Part shown: positions 1-6,079 of the stretch, piece after piece
Layout of the letters: each line of letters begins with the position of its first letter
How positions within the stretch are numbered: the first letter of the stretch is position 1
Assembly: GCA_048938295.1 (NCBI GenBank)
Contig: JBHLMI010000055.1
Coordinates: 1 to 6,268, forward strand
From: Promethearchaeota archaeon
GTDB lineage: Archaea > Asgardarchaeota > Hermodarchaeia > Hermodarchaeales > Hermodarchaeaceae
Direction: 5' to 3'
DNA: 6,268 bases
Notes under the pieces: model-generated
Seen by the model: the letters and a program-made list of their open reading frames with translations, nothing else
Databases searched by the model: none
Told to the model about the DNA's origin: nothing
Translations under genes and position numbers: made by a program

Positions 1-54
1 CCGGTGCCGAAGCGAAGGCGTTAAGCCCGCCGCCTGGGAAGTACGGTCGCAAGG

Positions 55-92
<38 letters not shown>

Positions 93-139
93 CGTGAAGC
101 CTGCGGTTCAATTGGATTCAACGCCAGAAAGAGAACGAC

Positions 140-184
140 ATGACCAAAAGCGGAAAAATCCTCAAGCGTGGTAATAGTGTATGA
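140..184 (+). CDS. Possible 14-aa upstream ORF MTKSGKILKRGNSV inside intron I1, overlapping the main ORF by ATGA
   Basis: ATG at 140-142 and TGA at 182-184 overlap the ATG at 181-183. It may be chance, translational coupling, or a frameshifted N-terminus. Confidence 0.25.
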   Translation: MTKSGKILKRGNSV

Positions 185-729
185 CAAATCAAAGCGTATA
201 CGAAGAAGCATTGACAGACAAAGAACTTGCCGCGAAAATCTTGATACCCTTGATTGAGTTCGAGTTTGCGTTTCAAACGGATGACTCGCCAAGCCTTGTA
301 CAATCAAAGGTAAACAGAAGTTCGCTGAATGCAATCTTTCAGATTTGGAAACACCACAACTGGACTACGTCTGAAGACCTGATGGAAAAGAGTCGGGATA
401 ATCTATACTTTAGAATCCCAACCAAAGCTTTCCGAGAAATCTACACTCTTGCAGGACCCTTTGCGGATGAGAGAAAACACCAATGGGCGGATCTTATCGT
501 TGAGAGATCCGGGCACATTGGAGGTTACCGCGTTGGGACCCAGAAGACTAAAAATCGAATCTATTCTCTCATGCTTACTCAACCTGGCAAAGTTTGGACA
601 ACCTTCGAACTTTGCATTACCTTACGCTTACTTCCCAGCACGGTCCGAGAAGGACTTCGTCACCTTCTCCGTGCAAACCTCGTTCACAAAGAACGAAAAG
701 GAAAGACAGTCTTCTGGACACTCCGCTAA
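181..729 (+). CDS. Intron-encoded protein: single LAGLIDADG-fold domain with degenerate motif plus C-terminal winged helix-turn-helix; homing-endonuclease-derived
   Basis: The 182-aa ORF fills intron I1. LIPLIEFEFAF aligns with LAGLIDADG/LAGFIDAEGSF. The downstream pattern (PSLVQSKVNRSSLNAIFQIW...LYFRIP...GPFADERKHQWADLI) resembles the rest of the LAGLIDADG fold. The C-terminus RIYSLMLTQPGKVWTTFELCITLRLLPSTVREGLRHLLRANLVHKERKGKTVFWTL has ArsR/MarR-like wHTH spacing. Judged by eye; no HMM was run. Confidence 0.75.
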   Translation: MTNQSVYEEALTDKELAAKILIPLIEFEFAFQTDDSPSLVQSKVNRSSLNAIFQIWKHHNWTTSEDLMEKSRDNLYFRIPTKAFREIYTLAGPFADERKHQWADLIVERSGHIGGYRVGTQKTKNRIYSLMLTQPGKVWTTFELCITLRLLPSTVREGLRHLLRANLVHKERKGKTVFWTLR

Positions 730-1138
730 TGTTGTTCTCCTGGAGAACTTACCGGGGGCGACAGCAGTATGACGATCAGGCTGATGACCTTATCTGACAC
801 GCTGAGAGGAGGTGCATGGCCGTCGCCAGTTCGTGGCGTGAGCTGTCCTCTTAAGTGAGGCAACGAACGAGACCCCCATCCTTAGTTGCCAGCGATACCC
901 TTCGGGGTAGCCGGGCACACTAAGGAGACCGCTACCGAGAAGGTAGAGGAAGGTGGGGGCCACGGCAGGTCAGTATGCCCCGAAACCCCCGGGCCACACG
1001 CGGGCTGCAAAGCTCGGGACAATGGGCCGCCACCCCGAAAGGGGACGCCAATCTCACAACCCCGGGCACAGTCGGGATCGACGGCTGCAACCCGCCGTCG
1101 TGAACATGGAATGCCTAGTAATCGCCTGTCAACACCAG

Positions 1139-1201
<63 letters not shown>

Positions 1202-1297
1202 ACCGCCCGTCGCTCCACCCGAGTCAAGTTTGGATGAGCCGCTGTCCGCTCGTCGTCTTCGGATGACGTGTGGGCGGTGTCGAATCGGGGCTCGGCA

Positions 1298-1328
<31 letters not shown>

Positions 1329-1387
1329 ACCAGCTCAGCTACGGTTGAGCTGTTTAAATCCCGCTTACGAGCGGGCCCTTGCGGTAA
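1329..1387 (+). other. Archaeal BHB-like mini-intron I3 (59 nt) at E. coli 1513/1514
   Basis: Central helix GCCG (1323-1326)/CGGT (1382-1385) with bulge positions TA|A (1327-1329) and AA|G (1386-1388); ligation gives GCCGTA|GGGGAA. The body has two UACG-capped hairpins (1331-1352, 9 bp; 1360-1375, 6 bp). Flanking helices are weak (only C1330-G1381). Confidence 0.82.
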
Positions 1388-1393
1388 GGGGAA
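1388..1393 (+). rRNA. 6-nt 16S micro-exon GGGGAA (E. coli 1514-1519, apex of helix 45)
   Basis: This is the only GGGGAA between GCCGTA (1323-1328) and CCTGCGG (1426-1432), and both neighbouring BHB registers cut exactly at its edges. Confidence 0.82.
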
Positions 1394-1425
1394 AAGGTTG
1401 GAGATACGGTCTCTGACCCCCCTAC
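1394..1425 (+). other. Archaeal BHB-like mini-intron I4 (32 nt) at E. coli 1519/1520
   Basis: Central helix GGGG (1388-1391)/CCCT (1420-1423), bulges AA|A (1392-1394) and AC|C (1424-1426), then an A-C mismatch and a 9-bp stem GGTTGGAGA (1396-1404)/TCTCTGACC (1410-1418). Ligation gives GGGGAA|CCTGCGG. Boundaries could shift by 1 nt because the G and C runs allow other registers. Confidence 0.8.
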
Positions 1426-1438
1426 CCTGCGGCTGGAT

Positions 1439-1569
1439 CACCTCCTAAGAAATCATTTTCTTCGAAGGTATCCCGCTGTGGATACCTTGGAAGACTAATG
1501 TGCGGTACGGGAGCGGGTGTATTTTGCCGGAAACACGGGTGTTGACCGAATAGTCGGGGTGGACGACCA
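1439..1569 (+). repeat. Direct repeat copy 1: 16S terminal CACCTCCT plus structured 3' trailer
   Basis: Aligns with 2898-3029. By hand count 74/84 nt are identical over 1439-1522 vs 2898-2981, including an invariant 31-mer (1492-1522 = 2951-2981). Similarity continues more weakly to GGTGGACGACCA/GGTGAACAACCA. Confidence 0.95.
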
Positions 1570-1580
1570 TTTTTCTTTTT
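1570..1580 (+). terminator. Oligo-T tract, likely terminator of the rRNA transcript
   Basis: TTTTTCTTTTT directly follows trailer copy 1; archaeal intrinsic terminators are typically oligo-T. Confidence 0.5.
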
Positions 1581-1602
1581 ATAGTAACTTCGCTAGTGCT
1601 AG

Positions 1603-2862
1603 TCATTTCTCGATGAAATTGAGGAGTGAAAGAAGCTGGCTAGCTTGTTCTTGATTTGAAATCCCTTGTATTAGCGCTTTAATTTCATATCCGGTGGTTA
1701 GAGTCAAGTTATTTTGACACCAATCTCGAAGAATATCGCGTTCTTTGATGTGGGCTTCTACTTGGCGACTATATCGATAGAGTTTGACATCTGGATTTCT
1801 TTTTGCGTATTTCTGTACTATCTGTTTGATTTCATTCCATTGTGGAAGAACGGGAGCACCAGTGACGATGAGGAAGCCTCTAAGTGCAGATTTGTACTCA
1901 GGTATTGTTTTGTAGAAAAGAAGCTGCACTAGGGCATTGTTCAATGAACGTTGAGCATAGTGTTGACTAACAGCTTTGCATTCTCCAATGATTTGCGTTG
2001 GAATTCCTCTTTTAGATGATGTGTTGATTATGAGATCTGGGCGTTGTCGGCCATCAGGTCCAAAACAAATCGTGGTGTCAACTACTTTGGTTAGGTTGTA
2101 TTTCTGAATGAATAATTCGAAAAAGAACGGAGACCGGAAAATCTCTTCAAGAAGCGAGGGCTTTGCGAGATTGACACGGCGGAATCGCAGCTGTGAAATA
2201 ACTGGCAAGTGACTGGTTTTTTCGATTGACATCCTGATATGATTAGTTGCGAGGAGAGGAAAATCGTCGATTTGATAGTAGGATTTGAAGTATTCGGTAG
2301 CAGTTGGAGTCAAACGAATAGCACAGTAATTATGTTCTTTTGTCAGAATCTTATGGAGAGTTATTTTCTGTATTGTATTGGTCTTCGTATCAAATAGGGT
2401 GATATTCACCGTATCTCCAATTCGAAGAGTTGTATCAAGAATATACCCATTTTGTAAAGGTAATGTAAAATATCCAGCCGATTCTGTGTGATTGTATCGT
2501 ATCTTGAAGCCTGTAATTTCAAAACGATCAGTTGAGAGCTGGATTGCGGAGTAGGTGTGATATAATTCGGTTGGCAGATTATTTTGGGCAATATAGCCTA
2601 TCATTTGTTCATATGATGAAAAGAACAGAAGATGAGTGATAACCTGTTGACCAGACTGATGGATTGTAGAAGTTAATCGATAGGCTCGATAGAACTGGCT
2701 GTTGTTATATTCAGCTAGAATGAATCGCCCTTTAGGGAATTTTTCTCGCCATTCACGGAGAACCTTAGTTTTCCTTATGAAATGAACTGGAATAACCCCG
2801 AGGGGCTCTATTGCATTAGCTATCTTAGCTGAACCCTGTAATCGAACTGATGAATCTCCCAT
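1603..2862 (-). CDS. 419-aa protein with C-terminal PD-(D/E)XK nuclease domain and unrecognised N-terminal region
   Basis: Long ORF with LEEIF ... RPDLII ... IIGECKAV ... ALVQLLFY ... GFLIVT, matching the E / PD / EXK / QxxxY layout of the PD-(D/E)XK superfamily. The specific family was not identified. Confidence 0.8.
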   Translation of the reverse strand: MGDSSVRLQGSAKIANAIEPLGVIPVHFIRKTKVLREWREKFPKGRFILAEYNNSQFYRAYRLTSTIHQSGQQVITHLLFFSSYEQMIGYIAQNNLPTELYHTYSAIQLSTDRFEITGFKIRYNHTESAGYFTLPLQNGYILDTTLRIGDTVNITLFDTKTNTIQKITLHKILTKEHNYCAIRLTPTATEYFKSYYQIDDFPLLATNHIRMSIEKTSHLPVISQLRFRRVNLAKPSLLEEIFRSPFFFELFIQKYNLTKVVDTTICFGPDGRQRPDLIINTSSKRGIPTQIIGECKAVSQHYAQRSLNNALVQLLFYKTIPEYKSALRGFLIVTGAPVLPQWNEIKQIVQKYAKRNPDVKLYRYSRQVEAHIKERDILRDWCQNNLTLTTGYEIKALIQGISNQEQASQLLSLLNFIEK

Positions 2863-2880
2863 TACTAATCTAGTTTTGCC

Positions 2881-2894
2881 AGTTTAGATAAACT
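2881..2894 (-). promoter_or_regulatory. TATA-like element within a palindrome upstream of the nuclease gene (possible leaderless promoter)
   Basis: Minus-strand TTTATCTAAA (2892-2883) lies 30-21 nt upstream of the ATG. It overlaps the perfect inverted repeat AGTTTA-GA-TAAACT. The TATA match is imperfect. Confidence 0.35.
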
Positions 2895-2897
2895 ACC

Positions 2898-3029
2898 CAC
2901 CTCCTAAGAATTCATTTTCTTCTGGGGTATCCCCGTGGGGATGCCTTGTGAGACTAATGTGCGGTACGGGAGCGGGTGTATCACTCGGGAACACGAGTGT
3001 TGTACACGATCCGATGCGGTGAACAACCA
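2898..3029 (+). repeat. Direct repeat copy 2: orphan CACCTCCT plus 16S 3' trailer, not preceded by rRNA
   Basis: CACCTCCTAAGAATTCATTTTCTTC... matches 1439 onward; hairpin 2924-2947 corresponds to 1465-1488. Confidence 0.95.
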
Positions 3030-3042
3030 CTTCTTATTGTCC

Positions 3043-3081
3043 AAAAAAAGGTAGGGCAGCCTCTGTAGGCTACAGAGGCTG
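3043..3081 (-). terminator. Hairpin plus T7 tract at the end of the surface-protein gene
   Basis: A perfect 12-bp inverted repeat CAGCCTCTGTAG (3057-3068)/CTACAGAGGCTG (3070-3081) is followed on the minus strand by seven T (A7 at 3043-3049). Confidence 0.55.
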
Positions 3082-5838
3082 TTGGTGATTGTGTTTTCGC
3101 AAACGGTGAATGAGCGGTATGCTGATTCCGATGGTCGAGAGGATGATGACTGTTATGAGTAGCCATGTGAGGATTGAGGGGGGATTGGCAGTGGTTTCGC
3201 CCGGGGGGTCGATGTGGAATTGGAACATTGCGGTAGTTTCACCGACAATGATGTCGTAGTCGATGACAGTTGCGGTAGCGATGACGAGGTAGATGCCTTT
3301 AAGCCATTTCAGGTCTTTGAGAGTTAATGGCGAGCGATAGATATAGACTCCTGATCCAGGCACTTCTTCGATAAAATCAATCAGGAGTAATTCGTTTCCG
3401 TCAGGGTCATAAATGATAGCAGTAATGGTGGCGCTAGAAATTGGTTCTCCAGTTTCTTTGTCGGTGAGCAAGGCCGCAATTTGGAGTCGAATATCTTCTT
3501 TGTCTATAAAGTCGAAGGAGCCACTCAGTTCTAATTGTATGTCTCGGTGAGCTAGAATGCCAAAGGAGTACATGAGCGGGTGGGGGTCTTGGTTTTCTGT
3601 AGTTCCTGTGATGTCATAGGGAGTATCTCCGATGCCGTCGAGGTTTTCATCTGTGCCGGTATAATCGGACCAGTAGTTATAATCAAATTCATTGCCAAGA
3701 CCGTCATCAACAGCGTTAATGGCATTGTCAAAGAATCGGTTCCAACGGATGAAGTTGTAATTACTGGTTAAACCTAGTCCTATTCCGTAATTATTATTCA
3801 ATAAGGTATTATTGATGAGCTTGTTACTATTTGAGCCAGAAACATGGATTCCGTATCTATTCCCCATGCAAGTATTATTTGTAATAAGGTTTCCTGTGGA
3901 GCGCGTGTTTATGAAAACACCACCGTATATTCCTCCATAGGACCCATCAAAGAGTAGAGTGTTGTTTCGCACTGTATTATGAATTGAAAGCCAAATTTCA
4001 ATTCCACAATGGATGTTGTCAGATATTATGTTGTTCTCGATTGTCGAGTAGTCGGTGAACACCATGTCGATACCAATTGAACAGTCATGGAGTTGATAAT
4101 TTGCTACAGTGATTTCTGTGCAGTTAACCAGTACAATCTGACCAGCAGGCCCTGTGACGCTGCCACCAACTTGGTCACGGATGAATACTAGTGGTTTACC
4201 GTTTACTGTGTTATCAGTTACTTGTTTCTGTCGTGCATCAATTATATTATCAGTTGTAATACGAAGCCCGCAACCGGTGAATGTGCTTTGGGTAAGTGTG
4301 TTATCACCTGAGTATTGGAAATAGACTCCTGACCACATATTGTTAATTAATGTAGCGCCGGTTATAGTGTTGGAACACGACCCCCAGAGATAGATGCCCT
4401 GACTGTTATCATTACTTACAGTATTAATTACTGAATTGAAGTCTGAATAATCAAGACTTAATCCATAATAATAGTTAGAAAGGGCTTTGTTATCTATCAA
4501 TTGGTTATTGTCTGAATACTTTAGGCGTATACCAATCCAATCGTTGTTAATACATGTATTATTGATTAATTGGTTATTGGCAGAATTCTCTAATAGAATA
4601 CCACAGCCATTCGTGAGACAGGTGTTATTTTTGAGACATCCGTTTTCTACATTATCTAAGAGAAGTCCTCCTCCCAAAATGTGTGGGATGCCCCAATTTG
4701 TTGCCCCTGTTGTTATGCAATTGTTAACAACAAAATATGCAAGAGTGTTGTATATGGCGATGCAATATCCTGGAGTAGAGTGTAAATCGATGAGCCAGTT
4801 TTCAATACGGTAGGGATCTGATATTGTACCTGATCCAGGCCATCCCTGGGTGATAAAATCACTGTCGCCATTGATGACAATGGGTGCGTGAGGAATGAAG
4901 GTGGATCCAAAGTCGAAATATAGGGTGCCAAGGTCGTAGATACCAGTTGAAATTGTTTCGTGGTATTCGAGGATTTCGATGCGGCGAAATTGGGATGTGA
5001 GTGATTTGTGGAGTGTTAGCATGTCATAGCGGCTCATATCGTCGGGGTACACAGTGATGTTGCACATTGTTGGGTCGTTCGAGTAAAGTCCACAGATTTG
5101 TTCTTGTTTTGGATTATAAAGGCGTTGAGGGGTGCCTGTGATATCGAAGTTGCCATGTCCGTTTTCTGATGAGTTATAGTACCAGTTGTTGTATGTGGGC
5201 AGAAATGCCCCTTGGAATTGCTCCCAGGGAATATCCGTAGTAGTGGCGGAGGCTTCATAAAGGCGTGATAGTGAAAACCCTTTCATTTCCGCTGAGAGAC
5301 TGATAGTCCAGTTGAACGTGAGAGGGGTGGTCCCTCCAGAGTAGTGATGGCGTGGTTCAATGTCATAAAATCGGACTTCCGCTCTTTCTGGAGTGTTGAC
5401 GAGGATTTCATATTGAGCTCCGTCACTATCCCAATAGGCAGCCCGATTTGTGGCGTCATACCAACCAACGTATTCTTGAAATCCACTCCAATATTTGTAG
5501 TCGGTTGCAGTCCCAATGACTACAATATTCTGTCCGAGATCTTTAATGACAATTTGTGACACGCTTGAATGTACTAAATCAAAATGCACTTCAAGGTACT
5601 CATTTTCTAGAATCACAGTAGAGCCTATTATTGAAATTGATACGTCAGAATCACTAGGTCGAAGTATCGGAGAAGAATTCTCTGTATTAGAAAGTATTTC
5701 GGTTGGTTTTAGAATTGAGATATTTGGTGAAAGATATGATGAGGTCATTGTTATGGGAAAAAACAGCGCCCAAAACAATAAGACCAAAAGTAGGATCTTC
5801 CATGAATTAGCATGGAATAGATTTGTTTGTTGAACCAT
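3070..5838 (-). CDS. 922-aa membrane-anchored surface protein with right-handed parallel beta-helix (NosD/CASH-type) repeats
   Basis: Hydrophobic N-terminal signal (KILLLVLLFWALFFPI), a beta-rich N-domain, the HAPIVINGDSDFITQGWPGSGTISDPYRIE cap motif, many N-rich repeats (GILLENSANNQLINNTCINN; YGIHVSGSNSNKLINNTLLNN), the NEFDYNYWSDYTGTDENLDGIGDTPY...DPHPL end motif, and a C-terminal TM helix (ILTWLLITVIILSTIGISIPLI) followed by basic HRLRKH. An SD lies upstream. Confidence 0.9.
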   Translation of the reverse strand: MVQQTNLFHANSWKILLLVLLFWALFFPITMTSSYLSPNISILKPTEILSNTENSSPILRPSDSDVSISIIGSTVILENEYLEVHFDLVHSSVSQIVIKDLGQNIVVIGTATDYKYWSGFQEYVGWYDATNRAAYWDSDGAQYEILVNTPERAEVRFYDIEPRHHYSGGTTPLTFNWTISLSAEMKGFSLSRLYEASATTTDIPWEQFQGAFLPTYNNWYYNSSENGHGNFDITGTPQRLYNPKQEQICGLYSNDPTMCNITVYPDDMSRYDMLTLHKSLTSQFRRIEILEYHETISTGIYDLGTLYFDFGSTFIPHAPIVINGDSDFITQGWPGSGTISDPYRIENWLIDLHSTPGYCIAIYNTLAYFVVNNCITTGATNWGIPHILGGGLLLDNVENGCLKNNTCLTNGCGILLENSANNQLINNTCINNDWIGIRLKYSDNNQLIDNKALSNYYYGLSLDYSDFNSVINTVSNDNSQGIYLWGSCSNTITGATLINNMWSGVYFQYSGDNTLTQSTFTGCGLRITTDNIIDARQKQVTDNTVNGKPLVFIRDQVGGSVTGPAGQIVLVNCTEITVANYQLHDCSIGIDMVFTDYSTIENNIISDNIHCGIEIWLSIHNTVRNNTLLFDGSYGGIYGGVFINTRSTGNLITNNTCMGNRYGIHVSGSNSNKLINNTLLNNNYGIGLGLTSNYNFIRWNRFFDNAINAVDDGLGNEFDYNYWSDYTGTDENLDGIGDTPYDITGTTENQDPHPLMYSFGILAHRDIQLELSGSFDFIDKEDIRLQIAALLTDKETGEPISSATITAIIYDPDGNELLLIDFIEEVPGSGVYIYRSPLTLKDLKWLKGIYLVIATATVIDYDIIVGETTAMFQFHIDPPGETTANPPSILTWLLITVIILSTIGISIPLIHRLRKHNHQQPL

Positions 5839-5849
5839 TCTATTAGTGT

Positions 5850-5856
5850 CCTCCTT
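5850..5856 (-). promoter_or_regulatory. Shine-Dalgarno AAGGAGG for the 922-aa gene
   Basis: CCTCCTT on the + strand, 11 nt from the start codon, complementary to the CCTCCT anti-SD of the 16S in this window. Confidence 0.7.
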
Positions 5857-6002
5857 ATCTAATTCCCTCCAGAAACAGATGTCAACGATTCAGTGAATCA
5901 GCAAGCATATCATAATCTAGCCCCAAGTGAGAGTTAGATTAGCCATTCTTCTGGAGAAAATTCATCAAAAATAGAATCAAACATAAATAAATACGCGATT
6001 GG

Positions 6003-6040
6003 AATTTTTTTGGCAAAAAATTTCCAGACCTTATATAAGG
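6003..6040. promoter_or_regulatory. TATA box TTATATAA (6031-6038) in palindrome CCTTATATAAGG, with an adjacent operator-like inverted repeat
   Basis: The TATA element lies about 40 nt upstream of ATG 6080. The inverted repeat AATTTTTT-TGGC-AAAAAATT occupies 6003-6022. Confidence 0.55.
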
Positions 6041-6079
6041 AGAAGCAGACTATACTTATTTTTTAGGGCACGAGGGATC

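Larger units (their letters stand above)
130..745 (+). mobile_element. Archaeal BHB intron I1 (616 nt) at E. coli 977/978, ORF-containing
   Basis: An 11-bp terminal stem GAGAACGACAT (131-141)/ATGTTGTTCTC (729-739), a 4-bp central helix CCAG (124-127)/CTGG (740-743), and 3-nt bulges AAA (128-130) and AGA (744-746). Cutting after the 2nd nt of each bulge gives CAACGCCAGAA|AACTTACC, the correct length for 967-985. Site 978 is a known archaeal 16S intron locus. The exon-side outer helix is not evident (relaxed BHB). Confidence 0.93.
1439..2897. mobile_element. Candidate 1459-bp inserted cassette (16S end/trailer copy plus nuclease gene) at the 16S 3' end
   Basis: The repeat period is 1459 bp and the only cargo between the copies is one nuclease-like gene. 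No integrase or transposase is present. Mobility is inferred. Confidence 0.5.

Noticed and set aside
126-741. Alternative boundaries for intron I1, giving CAACGCC|GGAGAACTTACC
   Set aside because: This also gives a 16S-like junction of the right length, but the cuts do not fall in the 3-nt bulges. The BHB rule gives 130-745. Only cDNA can settle it.
1212-1213. G at E. coli-equivalent position 1408 (eukaryote-like decoding site)
   Set aside because: Seen in several archaeal lineages; not distinctive.
1329-1425. A single 97-nt intron, or a helix 45 expansion segment
   Set aside because: Removing it as one piece would delete the invariant GGGGAA loop, and retaining it would disrupt the highly conserved helix 45. 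Two introns fit the consensus exactly.
1492-1569. tRNA-like element in the trailer (both copies end in ...ACCA)
   Set aside because: There is no acceptor stem pairing with a distant 5' end, no T-loop motif and no cloverleaf.
2898-2905. AGGAGGTG on the minus strand as a Shine-Dalgarno for the nuclease gene
   Set aside because: It is the reverse complement of the duplicated anti-SD and lies 35 nt from the ATG; the overlapping GTG is out of frame and stops at 2865.
1439-3029. Classical integrase-mediated island (attL/attR), IS element or CRISPR array
   Set aside because: No integrase or transposase, no terminal inverted repeats, and only two long diverged copies without spacers.
3700-4760. Asn/Ile-rich periodicity in the large gene as a DNA repeat
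   Set aside because: It reflects ordinary beta-helix protein repeats, not a nucleotide-level repeat array.
1714-5833. Short ORFs overlapping the 419-aa and 922-aa genes (1714-1932, 2406-2591, 2981-3166, 3580-3771, 4487-4813, 4713-4931, 5034-5258, 5283-5516, 5344-5559, 5516-5833)
   Set aside because: Antisense or alternate-frame shadows of longer, motif-supported genes, with no independent evidence.
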